Positions 8,665-18,008 of a DNA stretch of 64,000 bases are shown here, piece by piece. The translations under genes and the position numbers were made by a program. The notes beneath the pieces were generated by a model that was not told the DNA's origin, searched no databases, and saw only the letters and a program-made list of their open reading frames with translations. Position 1 is the stretch's first letter; the number at the start of each line of letters is the position of its first letter. The stretch comes from Myxococcales bacterium (GTDB taxonomy: Bacteria > Desulfobacterota > Binatia > HRBIN30), in contig JBBILD010000012.1 in assembly GCA_037445065.1 (NCBI GenBank), positions 1 to 64,000 on the forward strand, read 5' to 3'.

Positions 8665-11109
8665 CTACCCAATTTGCGCCAGTTCCAAGCGCCCGGCCCA
8701 GCGGTGACGGAGAACCTGCCGCAAAGGTTGTGACTCCGGACGCTGCAACTCTGGGTCGCGTTCGAGCCACTCGCGTGCGGCCCGCTGCGCTTCTTCGAGG
8801 AGAGCCTGATCGCGCAGCAAGTTGGCGACCCGGAACTCCGGCATACCGGCCTGGCGGGTGCCGAGGAGATCTCCCGGCCCGCGCAACTCCCAGTCGCGCT
8901 CGGCGATCTCGAAGCCGTCGTTGCTGCGCTGGATTGCCTTGAGGCGCGCCTCTGTGTCGTCGCCGCGCCGGTAGCTGGCGATGAGAACGCAGTACGCTTC
9001 CGTACCGCCGCGACCCACACGCCCGCGTAGTTGGTGCAGTTGTGAAAGGCCAAAGCGCTCGGCGTGTTCGACCACCATGACCGTTGCATTCGGCACGTCA
9101 ATCCCCACTTCGATCACCGTGGTGCTGACGAGCACTTGCAGCTCGCCGCTTTGAAACCGGCGCATGACCGCGTCTTTTTCACTGGCCTTCATGCGCCCGT
9201 GCACGAGGCCGACTCGGTAGTCGCGGAAAACGCTGCGCGCCAGCTCTTGCGCCATGGTGGTGGCATCACGTAAGTCGCTGTCCTCGTTTCCTTCGACCAG
9301 TGGATACACGATGTAGGCCTGGTGCCCGGCATCCAGCTCGTGGCGCACAAGCGCGTACACCTCGCCGCGCTGCCCCTCGCCGCGCAGCAGGGTGGTCACC
9401 GGCTTGCGCCCGGGCGGCAGCTCGTCCAGGCGCGACACGTCCAGGTCGCCATACACGGTCATGGTCAGGGTTCGCGGTATGGGCGTGGCGGTCATGAGCA
9501 GGATATGCGGGCTCATGTTGTCCACGCTGCCCAAGCGGCGAAGGGCGGCACGCTGCAAGACGCCGAAGCGGTGTTGCTCGTCAATGACGCCGAGGCCGAG
9601 AGCGCGAAAGCTCACGCCTTCTTGAATCAAGGCATGCGTGCCCACCACGAGGTCCACCTCACCTGCCGCTACCGCGGCGCGGATGCGCTCTTTTTCCGGT
9701 TTCGGGAGCGCGCCGGTGAGCAGTGCCACGCGGATCGGCAGGTCCTGCAAGAGCCGGCTCACGGTGCGGTGGTGCTGTTCCGCGAGCAGTTCGGTCGGCG
9801 CCATGAACGCGGCTTGGTAGCCGCTTTGAATCGAAGCCGCGGCAGCAAACACGGCAACCACCGTCTTGCCGCTGCCGACGTCGCCTTGGATCAGCCGGTG
9901 CATGGGGTGACCGCTGCCCAGGTCTTGCAAAATCTCGCCGATGACTCGATCCTGGGCGCGGGTGAGGGCAAAAGGCAAACTTGCGCGTAGCCGTTCCAAC
10001 ACTTCGCCCTGCTGGTGGAGCACCGGGGCTGCCTCGAGTTGCACGCTGCGCCGCCGGATCTGCATGCCGAGCTGCAAGAAGAACAATTCGTCGAAGACCA
10101 GCGAGCGGTGGGCTAGCGAGCGGAATGAGTTGAGCGCTTCGATGTCCGCGTCGTTGTCCGGCTGGTGCAGCTCGCGCATGGCCTGCGCGAGGTCCATGAT
10201 GCCCACGCGCTGCACCAGTTCGTCGGGAAGAACACTGGGCAAACTGGCGGCGTATTCCTGCACCGCGCGCTCGGCAATCGCGCGCATGGTTGCCACGCTC
10301 ATCGCCCCTGGCTTCTCGTACACGGGAAGGATGCGTGCCTGGCTGCCATCGTCTGCCGGCGCGAGTTCCGGGTGTGCCATGCGCAAGACGAAGCCAAAGC
10401 CCCCTTCGACTTTGCCGTACGCTCGATATTTTTGTCCAGTCCGGTAGGCGCGCTTGAAAAAGGGCAGGTTTTGAAACCACACCAGGGCGAGACTGCCGCT
10501 TTCGTCTTGCAGCACGCCCTCGAGCAAGCGGCGCTGCATGCGCCCCACGAACACTTCTTTGAGGCTCACCAACTCGCCGACCACCACCGCCGTGTCCCCA
10601 GCACGTAGCTCGCCGATGCGCCGGACTTGCCGGCGGTCTTCGTACCGGAAGGGCAAGTGGTAGAGCACGTCTTCGACCGTCTCGATGCCGAACCGGCGCA
10701 GGAGTTGGGCCCGGCGCGGTCCCACCCCGGGGAGGAACTGCGCCGGGCGGCTGAGCACGTCGAAGACGTCTTTGCGCAAGAGCAGTGTACGCTTGTAGAC
10801 CACCGCAGCTCCTCCGCCGCGCAGGGCACTGGAGAGCACGGAGAGGTCTTGCTGGCAGCGGTGCAGGAGCTCGCGGCGCTCCCCGGCTGGCAGGCGCGCT
10901 AGCCGTTCCAGGGTTTGCGCGAGGCTGAGCAGCGCAAACCGCTGGGTGGCGGCCGGCACCTGTGCCGCCAGCGCCCGCGCCCGAGCTGCCAACTCCGCGG
11001 CGGGAAACACGGTGCGCTGTGCCCGCTCCGAATCGAGTTGCAAGAGGTAACGAACCGGCGCCTCGACTGCGCTGAGCAGTCGCAAACACTCTTCCAGTAC
11101 CGCACTCAC
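8665..11109 (-). CDS. recG: ATP-dependent DNA helicase RecG
   Basis: QGDVGSGKT, DEQHRFG, MTATPIPRTL, HQLRGRVGRG, ELRGPGD. Confidence 0.97.
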   Translation of the reverse strand: MSAVLEECLRLLSAVEAPVRYLLQLDSERAQRTVFPAAELAARARALAAQVPAATQRFALLSLAQTLERLARLPAGERRELLHRCQQDLSVLSSALRGGGAAVVYKRTLLLRKDVFDVLSRPAQFLPGVGPRRAQLLRRFGIETVEDVLYHLPFRYEDRRQVRRIGELRAGDTAVVVGELVSLKEVFVGRMQRRLLEGVLQDESGSLALVWFQNLPFFKRAYRTGQKYRAYGKVEGGFGFVLRMAHPELAPADDGSQARILPVYEKPGAMSVATMRAIAERAVQEYAASLPSVLPDELVQRVGIMDLAQAMRELHQPDNDADIEALNSFRSLAHRSLVFDELFFLQLGMQIRRRSVQLEAAPVLHQQGEVLERLRASLPFALTRAQDRVIGEILQDLGSGHPMHRLIQGDVGSGKTVVAVFAAAASIQSGYQAAFMAPTELLAEQHHRTVSRLLQDLPIRVALLTGALPKPEKERIRAAVAAGEVDLVVGTHALIQEGVSFRALGLGVIDEQHRFGVLQRAALRRLGSVDNMSPHILLMTATPIPRTLTMTVYGDLDVSRLDELPPGRKPVTTLLRGEGQRGEVYALVRHELDAGHQAYIVYPLVEGNEDSDLRDATTMAQELARSVFRDYRVGLVHGRMKASEKDAVMRRFQSGELQVLVSTTVIEVGIDVPNATVMVVEHAERFGLSQLHQLRGRVGRGGTEAYCVLIASYRRGDDTEARLKAIQRSNDGFEIAERDWELRGPGDLLGTRQAGMPEFRVANLLRDQALLEEAQRAAREWLERDPELQRPESQPLRQVLRHRWAGRLELAQIG

Positions 11110-11165
11110 GACGCGCGCTTTTTAGCCATCGGCGCCACTCCAGGGCCAGAACTCGGGTTGTGGGC

Positions 11166-13040
11166 TCATGAGGAGGAGCGGTCGGCTGCTCCGCGTTGGG
11201 TGTAGCCAAGGCCATAGCCGAACGGGAACAACGGGTCATACGGCTGCTCGCCCACATTGAGCGGTACTTGCTCCATGCTTCGTGGCCAGGAAAACGAGAG
11301 CTTTCCAGTCGGAGCAAAGTCGCCGAACAACACATCCGCCACGCCCGCCCCCTCGCTGCCGGGAAGCCAAGCCACCAACAGCGCATCGGCCAAGTCGAGC
11401 AGCTCTCCGAGAATCAGCGGGCGGCCCGTGATGAGCACGACGACCAGGGGAGCGCGCGCGGCACGAGCGCGGCGCACCACCTCGATCTGGCCCGAGGGCA
11501 GGCTCAAGTCGCCGCGGTCCCCCAGGTACTCCGCGTACGGGCGCTCGCCGACCACCACGATGACCGCGTCTGCCCCTTCCCCTCCGGTTCCATCCTCGGA
11601 GTACGTGACCTGCGTTGCCAGCGAGACTGCCGCCCGCACGCCCTCCAGAATCGTTGTGCCGTCGGTGATGCGGCCGCTTCCACCCTGCCAGCGGATCGTC
11701 CAACCGCCGCACTGCAAGCCGAGATTGTCCGCGTGCCGGCCTGCCACGTGAATGCGGCGAGCGCGCTTGGAGAGGGGAAGGACAGAGCCGTCGTTTTTGA
11801 GCAGGACGAGCGACTCGCGCACCGCTTGGCGTGCCACCGCGCGATGGGCGGCGCTGCCGACTTGCGCTAGCGCACTGCGGTCCGGCCACAGGCGTTGGTC
11901 TCGTTCCAGCAAGCCCATGGCAAACTTGACGCGTAGGATGCGCAGCACCGCATCATCCACCCGCTCGAGCGCCAGCGTGCCCTCGCGCACCGAATCCACC
12001 ACCGCGGCGATGAACTCCCGGTACCGCTGCGGAACCATCCCCATGTCCATTCCTGCCGCCACCGCCATGCGCACTGCCGTTTTGTAATCCGGGTGAACCT
12101 GGTCAATGGCGTTGTAATCCGAGAGCAGAAACCCATCGAAGCCGAGTTCCTCCTTGAGCACGTTCGTGAGCAATTGACGGTGAACGCTCATCTTGGTGCC
12201 ATTCCAACTGCTGTACGAAACCATGATCGAGGCAGCACCGGCATTCAGCGCTGCGCGATACGGAGGTAAGTGAATGGCACGCAGTTCCGCCTCGCTGATG
12301 CGTGCGTCGCCTTGGTCCAACAGCGCGATCGGGGCGGTCCCCGTGCCAAAGAGCGTGCCGCCGTCGGCTAGGAAGTGCTTGGGCGTCGCCAGCACCGCCT
12401 GAGGTGCGGCTAGGCCACCGCCTTGCAGGCCGCGCACCATCGCTGCCCCGAGCTCGGAGACGAGCCGCGGGTCTTCGCTGAAGCTCTCGTAAGTGCGCCC
12501 CCAGCGTTCATCGCGCGCCACGGCCACGGTCGGCGCAAAGGTCCAGTGAAAGCCTGTGGCACGCATTTCTCGCGCCGTGATGGCCCCGATCTCTTCGACC
12601 AACCGAGGATTCCGCGTGCAGCCGAGGGCTATGTTGTGGGGAAAGATTACCGCTCCCTCGACGTTGCTGTGACCGTGCACCGCATCCACCCCGTAGAGGA
12701 GCGGAATGCCGAGGCGGCTTGCCAGCGCTTCCCGCTGGGCGCGCTCGTAAAGGGCCGCCCAATGCTGCGGCCGGTTTCCTTCCGGGGGATCGGCATCGCC
12801 ACCGTTGAGCAAAGAGCCGAGTGCGAGGGTGCGGATCTCGGCGAAGTCGCTAAGCGAGGTGACCTCCGCCTGCGCCATTTGCGCGGCTTTCTCTTCCAAA
12901 GTCATTTGTGCCAGCAGAGCTCGGGCAGCGGCGTCGAAGCGTCGGAGGGACGAACCAGCCTCGGGCGGTTCGCCGTCGGAGCCACACCCCGCGGCCAGCA
13001 TCAACCCCACGAACACGGGCAGCACTGCCTTTGCGTTCAT
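11166..13040 (-). CDS. Glycoside hydrolase family 3 beta-glucosidase, probable lipoprotein
   Basis: DAVHG, RWGRTYESFSED, KHF, SDY, PFGYGL; lipobox LAAGC after ATG 13040. Confidence 0.92.
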   Translation of the reverse strand: MNAKAVLPVFVGLMLAAGCGSDGEPPEAGSSLRRFDAAARALLAQMTLEEKAAQMAQAEVTSLSDFAEIRTLALGSLLNGGDADPPEGNRPQHWAALYERAQREALASRLGIPLLYGVDAVHGHSNVEGAVIFPHNIALGCTRNPRLVEEIGAITAREMRATGFHWTFAPTVAVARDERWGRTYESFSEDPRLVSELGAAMVRGLQGGGLAAPQAVLATPKHFLADGGTLFGTGTAPIALLDQGDARISEAELRAIHLPPYRAALNAGAASIMVSYSSWNGTKMSVHRQLLTNVLKEELGFDGFLLSDYNAIDQVHPDYKTAVRMAVAAGMDMGMVPQRYREFIAAVVDSVREGTLALERVDDAVLRILRVKFAMGLLERDQRLWPDRSALAQVGSAAHRAVARQAVRESLVLLKNDGSVLPLSKRARRIHVAGRHADNLGLQCGGWTIRWQGGSGRITDGTTILEGVRAAVSLATQVTYSEDGTGGEGADAVIVVVGERPYAEYLGDRGDLSLPSGQIEVVRRARAARAPLVVVLITGRPLILGELLDLADALLVAWLPGSEGAGVADVLFGDFAPTGKLSFSWPRSMEQVPLNVGEQPYDPLFPFGYGLGYTQRGAADRSSS

Positions 13041-13217
13041 GAACGTTCTCCCCTTCACTGCCGAGTTGGATCGCCTCGCTCGAGCTCGGACGAAACCGAG
13101 GACGGGTCGCATCCCTCCCTGCCACAGCCAGCTCGGCTTGGCCAGGTGTTTCCCCATCGGTGCGGGCTGCCGTTTTTGCCTTGCCCACACCGGGCTGTTT
13201 CGATAGAGGCAACGGCC

Positions 13218-13601
13218 GTGCTAGCTGGCGAGCACACTGCGCTTCGCACTCGACTTCAAGCCCTAGCCCTTGCGGCCCTGCTAGCCGTGCAAGCTGCTGC
13301 TGCGGGCCTGCACCTGGGCTGGCACCGAGCTGCCGACTGCCAGGATACGGGCAGGGAGCGGCCTGCTACCACCTCCAGTGTCTGCGAGCCGGGCGAGCGA
13401 GCAGCCTCACCGGCGCTACACATCGCCAGCACCTGCGCGGCCTGCCAAGCCATCCGCGCTCTCGGTCACGGGGTGGCGCACGGCGCGAGCAGCGCGCTGC
13501 CTGCCGCCGCTGTAACACGGAGTCTTCCCGAGGCGCCCGCGCAGCTCGCGCCAAGCGGTGTATGCAGCAAGGCCGACCCTCGCGCACCTCCGCTCGCGTG
13601 A
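13218..13601 (+). CDS. DUF2946-like leader protein (hydrophobic N-terminus, H..CxxC, C-terminal RAPP)
   Basis: 3' part of ORF 12423-13601 from GTG 13218: LALAALLAVQAAAAGLH...HIASTCAACQ...DPRAPPLA*. Confidence 0.7.
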   Translation: MLAGEHTALRTRLQALALAALLAVQAAAAGLHLGWHRAADCQDTGRERPATTSSVCEPGERAASPALHIASTCAACQAIRALGHGVAHGASSALPAAAVTRSLPEAPAQLAPSGVCSKADPRAPPLA

Positions 13602-13668
13602 AGGAATGAGTTGACTCGGCAGCAAACACGCTGCCGGTACCCCTTCACTCGGAGCAAAGGAGGACTCT

Positions 13669-15195
13669 ATGCGATTCTGTTTTCGGTGCGCCGAGAGATG
13701 GCGCACCACATTTTTGGTTTTGGGGACAAGCCTCGCCGTAACTGTCGGTACCCAGGTGCACGAGGCAAGAGCCGATGACGCCGTCGAGGAGCTGCGCCGC
13801 ACGATCCGGGAACTCGAACGGAGTCGGGCTGCACAAGAAAAACAAATCCGACAACTCGAAGAGCGTCTGCGTTCGCTCGAACAAAAGGGAGCCGAGGCCG
13901 CCAGCAAGGAAAAAGAACGCGCGCTGGAGCGCGCCCTAGAAGAGAGCACGCCGGCGGCGCCCGCTCCGTTGCCGAGCGTGGCGCTGAGCCCGGTAGGACC
14001 GCGGCTCCGATTGTTGGACGTTTCCTTCGACGTGCTCGCCGCCGCGGGTTGGTCAACCGCTACCGACGACCAGCTCGGCGGGCGCCTGCAAGCCGGCGCG
14101 CACGATCCACTGCGCCGGGGGTTCACGCTCCAACAAGGGGAGCTGTCGTTGACGGGCGCGGTGGACCCTTACCTCACCGGCGAGAGCCACGTCATTTTCA
14201 CCTCCGACCACGTCGAGCTGGAAGAAGCTTTCATGACCACCACCTCGTTACCGTTCGGACTCGAGGCAAAAGCCGGGTTCTTTTTTACCGAATACGGGCT
14301 GTTGAACCCGCTCCACCCCCACGCTTGGGACTGGATGGATCAGCCGGTCATCTTGTCGCGCATCATGGGCTCAGAAGGCCTGCGGGCCACGGGGGCGCGG
14401 CTTTCCTGGCTCATGCCACTACCGTGGTTCTCGGAGTTGTACCTCGGGGTGCAGAACGCCAACGAAGGCGAGTTCACTCCGAGCTTCGTTTCGTCCGAGG
14501 CAGTGGGCAACAGGCCCGCCGTAGAGCGGCCCACCCGGCGTCTCACCGACCTCCTCTACCTCAGCCGCTGGGAGCAGTTTTGGGACCTCACACCGCAGCT
14601 CGGCCTCAAACTCGGAGCCAATTTCTTGCACGGGCCGAACGCAACCGGCGGCGATGGCGAGACTTGGGTGTATGGGCTCGACTGGAAGCTGCGCTGGCGC
14701 CCGCAAAACAACTTCCGCGGCTGGCCGTTTTTCTTATGGCAAACCGAGATCCACAAGCGCGATTACACCGCGGCTTTTTATGTTCCCGGCGCGGCGGCCC
14801 CACCGGCGGATGACGTTCATGGGCACAGCCACGGTGACGGCAGCGAAACGACGGCTTCCGAAGAAGTTCCGTCCGAGCCCATTCCAGGAGCGATTTTACG
14901 CGACGCCGGTTTTTACACCCAGGCGCTCTACGGTTTCCGCTACGGTTGGGCGAGCGGCATTCGCCTCGAGTATGCAAGCGGCAGCGGGCAGAGTCTCGGC
15001 GGCCGCCAAAACGACCCGCTGCGCGACGACCGCTGGCGGATTTCACCCCTTCTGGTGTGGCATCCTACCGAGTACTCTCGCTTCCGCTTGCAGTACAACT
15101 ACGACCGCGCCCGCTTCCTGGACGAGCGCGACGCGCACAGCGCGTGGCTCGGCGGGGAGGTCCTCTACGGCGCTCACCCAGTGCACAAGTATTGA
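13669..15195 (+). CDS. Outer-membrane beta-barrel / putative zinc-regulated uptake protein
   Basis: Signal peptide, coiled coil, HPHAW, HGHSHG loop, C-terminal GAHPVHKY; heads a metal ABC operon. Confidence 0.75.
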   Translation: MRFCFRCAERWRTTFLVLGTSLAVTVGTQVHEARADDAVEELRRTIRELERSRAAQEKQIRQLEERLRSLEQKGAEAASKEKERALERALEESTPAAPAPLPSVALSPVGPRLRLLDVSFDVLAAAGWSTATDDQLGGRLQAGAHDPLRRGFTLQQGELSLTGAVDPYLTGESHVIFTSDHVELEEAFMTTTSLPFGLEAKAGFFFTEYGLLNPLHPHAWDWMDQPVILSRIMGSEGLRATGARLSWLMPLPWFSELYLGVQNANEGEFTPSFVSSEAVGNRPAVERPTRRLTDLLYLSRWEQFWDLTPQLGLKLGANFLHGPNATGGDGETWVYGLDWKLRWRPQNNFRGWPFFLWQTEIHKRDYTAAFYVPGAAAPPADDVHGHSHGDGSETTASEEVPSEPIPGAILRDAGFYTQALYGFRYGWASGIRLEYASGSGQSLGGRQNDPLRDDRWRISPLLVWHPTEYSRFRLQYNYDRARFLDERDAHSAWLGGEVLYGAHPVHKY

Positions 15196-15205
15196 GGAGG
15201 GCAAG

Positions 15206-16396
15206 ATGCGAGCCGAAGGATTTGAAAAAACCATGTACAAGACGATTGGTCTCCTCACCCGCGCCCTGCGCGGAGGTTGGCGCTTGAGGAGAAGCAGTGC
15301 AGGCCAGCAGGCGAGTGGGCGCGCTCGCTTTGCTGGGTTGCCATTGGCGCGCGCGGCGGGCCGGCTGCTGAGTCTTGCCTTCGTGTTCCTGGCGGGGGGC
15401 GCCGGCGCCCAGCAGCCGCTGCGCGTGGTGGCCACCCTGCCCGATCTCGCTTCGATCGCGCGCAGCGTCGGCGGGGAGTGGGTGGTCGTGGACTCGTTGC
15501 TGCGCGGCGGGGAAGACCCACACTTTGTCGAGCCGCGCCCGAGCTTTATTAAACTGCTGTCGGCGTCCGATGTCTTCTTGGTTGCGGGGCTGGATCTGGA
15601 ACTGGGTTATGGGCCGCGCCTTCTCCAAGGTGCACATAACCCGCGCATCTTGCCGGGTTCACCCGGCTATGTGGACTGTTCGCGTGCCATTGTACCGCTC
15701 GAAGTTCCGGCGGCCCCGGTGGATCGCTCGATGGGGGACGTTCACCCCTACGGCAATCCCCACTACTGGCTCGATCCTCTCAACGGAATCCGGGTTGCGG
15801 CACTCGTGGCCGAGGCGTTGGCTGCTGCCCTGCCCCAGCAGCGCGCTACCTTCGAGGCAAACCGTACTGCCTTCCGCCAGCAGGTGTTGGCACGGCTTGT
15901 GGGTGAGCGCCTCGCGCAGCAGTACGACGCAGAGAAGCTAGCGTTACTGGCCGAGCGCGGCAGACTCGAGGAGTTTCTCCGCGCGCAAGGAGACCTCGAG
16001 CTCCTCTCCGGCTGGCTGGGTGTCCTCGCCCCCTACCGCGGCTTCAAAGCGGTGGACGACCACAACATGTGGCCCTACTTCGCGCGCCGTTTTGGCTTCG
16101 AAGTCATTGGCCACATGGAGCCCAAGCCTGGTATACCACCGACGACCAAAGCGCTCAGCGAATTGGTCGAGCGCATGCGCGCGCAAGGAGTACGCATCAT
16201 TCTGTCCTCGCCTTACTACGATCCCAAACACGCCCGCTTTCTGGCCGAGCAGACCGGCGCTCGGGTGGTGCCGCTGGCGCACATCACCGGCAGTCGTCCG
16301 GGTACGGACGATTATCTTGCGATGATCGACTACAACGTGCGCGAGCTGGCCCGTGCCCTTGCTGCCGAGTTCGGGGCGCCCGCGGAGGCACAATGA
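15206..16396 (+). CDS. Zn/Mn ABC transporter substrate-binding protein (ZnuA-like)
   Basis: [34 protein letters not shown]. Start uncertain. Confidence 0.9.
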   Translation: MRAEGFEKTMYKTIGLLTRALRGGWRLRRSSAGQQASGRARFAGLPLARAAGRLLSLAFVFLAGGAGAQQPLRVVATLPDLASIARSVGGEWVVVDSLLRGGEDPHFVEPRPSFIKLLSASDVFLVAGLDLELGYGPRLLQGAHNPRILPGSPGYVDCSRAIVPLEVPAAPVDRSMGDVHPYGNPHYWLDPLNGIRVAALVAEALAAALPQQRATFEANRTAFRQQVLARLVGERLAQQYDAEKLALLAERGRLEEFLRAQGDLELLSGWLGVLAPYRGFKAVDDHNMWPYFARRFGFEVIGHMEPKPGIPPTTKALSELVERMRAQGVRIILSSPYYDPKHARFLAEQTGARVVPLAHITGSRPGTDDYLAMIDYNVRELARALAAEFGAPAEAQ

Positions 16397-17148
16397 AGGG
16401 AATCCACGGCGACCGGCCACCGGTGGTGTTGCGTGCGGTCGGAGTGAGCGTCGGGTACGGCAAGAGAGAGGTACTGCGCAACGTCTCGCTCGAGGTGAGG
16501 CGGGGGGAATTCTGGTTTTTCTTGGGCGCCAACGGAACCGGCAAGACGACCTTCTTGCGCGCCTTGCTGGGGCTTGTGCCAGTGCGCCGCGGGCGTCTCG
16601 AGCTGCACCCGAATGGAGCGGCGCCCGCAGCGCTGGCCTTGGTTCCCCAACGCTGCGAACTGAACCCGAGTTTGCCGACCACCGTTTCCGAGTTCGTTTC
16701 GCTCGGCTTCGTGGGGCTCCGCCTGACCTTGCCCGAGCGGCAGCGGCGTTTCCGTGCGGCCCTAGAAGCGGTACAACTCCTCCCCCTCGCCCACGCCAGT
16801 TACTGGAAGCTTTCCGGCGGGCAGCAGCAGCGCTGCCTGATCGCACGAGCGCTCGTGCGGGAGCCGCGCATCCTCTTGCTCGACGAACCGACCACAGGGC
16901 TCGACCCTGCCTCGGAAGTGGCCCTCTTGCGTTTGTTGCAAGAGCAAAATCGAGCAGAGGAGCGGACCGTGCTGTTCGTAACCCACGACCTCCGACCTGC
17001 CTACCGCTACGGCTCGCACGTTGCGCTCTTCCACGATGGCGGCGTGACTGCCGGGCCGGTCGGCACCGTGCTCACCGCAGCGCGGATGAGCGCTGTGTTC
17101 GGAGAAGGTGCGGTCGAGCTTGCCGGGCAACTCGGAGGGCATCCATGA
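16393..17148 (+). CDS. Metal ABC transporter ATPase (ZnuC-like)
   Basis: [31 protein letters not shown] overlap with upstream gene. Confidence 0.9.
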   Translation: MKGIHGDRPPVVLRAVGVSVGYGKREVLRNVSLEVRRGEFWFFLGANGTGKTTFLRALLGLVPVRRGRLELHPNGAAPAALALVPQRCELNPSLPTTVSEFVSLGFVGLRLTLPERQRRFRAALEAVQLLPLAHASYWKLSGGQQQRCLIARALVREPRILLLDEPTTGLDPASEVALLRLLQEQNRAEERTVLFVTHDLRPAYRYGSHVALFHDGGVTAGPVGTVLTAARMSAVFGEGAVELAGQLGGHP

Positions 17149-18008
17149 TGTGGGCGCTCTCCGAGTTCGCGCAGTCCTGGGCTTTATTCCACAACACCTA
17201 CCTGGCGGGGTGGTTCATCGCCGGGCTGTTATCGCTCATCGGTGTGGCCGTGGTAGCACGCGATCAAGTGTTCCTGGGACTTGCCGTTTCTCAATCCTCG
17301 ATGCTTGGCATTGCCTGCGGCATGCTGTTCGCCGCCCCGCTCGCTCGTCTCGGTTGCGATTCTTGCGGGCGGGAGGAAGCGCTCTCGCTGTGGGCCGCGC
17401 TGTTCGGCATCCTGGCAGCCCTCGCCACCACGCAGGGACAGCGACAAGCCGGCCGGGAGACCCCCGAGGCGATCACGGGTTGGGTGTTTGCTTTTAGCGC
17501 CTCGTTAGCGGTGTTGCTTCTCTCACGCAGTCCGCACGGCCTCGAGGAAGTGCACCGTCTCCTCTCGAGCACGATCATCGGCGCCACGGCTACCGAAGTC
17601 GTTTGGTTCGCCGCATTGTTCTTGATCACGGCTGCCTTTGTGGCGGTGCAGAGGGACTCGCTGGCCCTCTTGCTTATGGACCGCGAAATGGCCGGCGCCG
17701 TGGGCATGCCGGTGCGGGTGTGGGAGGCGCTGCTCTGGGTATGGCTCGGGCTCAGTGTCGGACTGGCCATCCGGGTGGCTGGGCTCCTCTACGCGTTTGG
17801 CTGCCTCGTGCTGCCAGCGCTAGTGGCAAAGAACCTGGCCCGAGAAGTCCGTCCTCTCTTTTATCTGTCCCCGTTTCTCGCGCTAATCACATGCACGTGC
17901 GCTTTCGTGACAGCGAACGCGTACGATCTGCCACCCGGTCAGGTAGCAACTGCGGTGCAAGCCTCAGTCCTCCTCGGGGTTTGGCTCCTCCGCTCGGCTC
18001 GACCCTGA
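17145..18008 (+). CDS. Metal ABC transporter permease (ZnuB-like)
   Basis: Multiple TM segments, [10 protein letters not shown] motif, operon context, ATGA overlap. Confidence 0.88.
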   Translation: MMWALSEFAQSWALFHNTYLAGWFIAGLLSLIGVAVVARDQVFLGLAVSQSSMLGIACGMLFAAPLARLGCDSCGREEALSLWAALFGILAALATTQGQRQAGRETPEAITGWVFAFSASLAVLLLSRSPHGLEEVHRLLSSTIIGATATEVVWFAALFLITAAFVAVQRDSLALLLMDREMAGAVGMPVRVWEALLWVWLGLSVGLAIRVAGLLYAFGCLVLPALVAKNLAREVRPLFYLSPFLALITCTCAFVTANAYDLPPGQVATAVQASVLLGVWLLRSARP

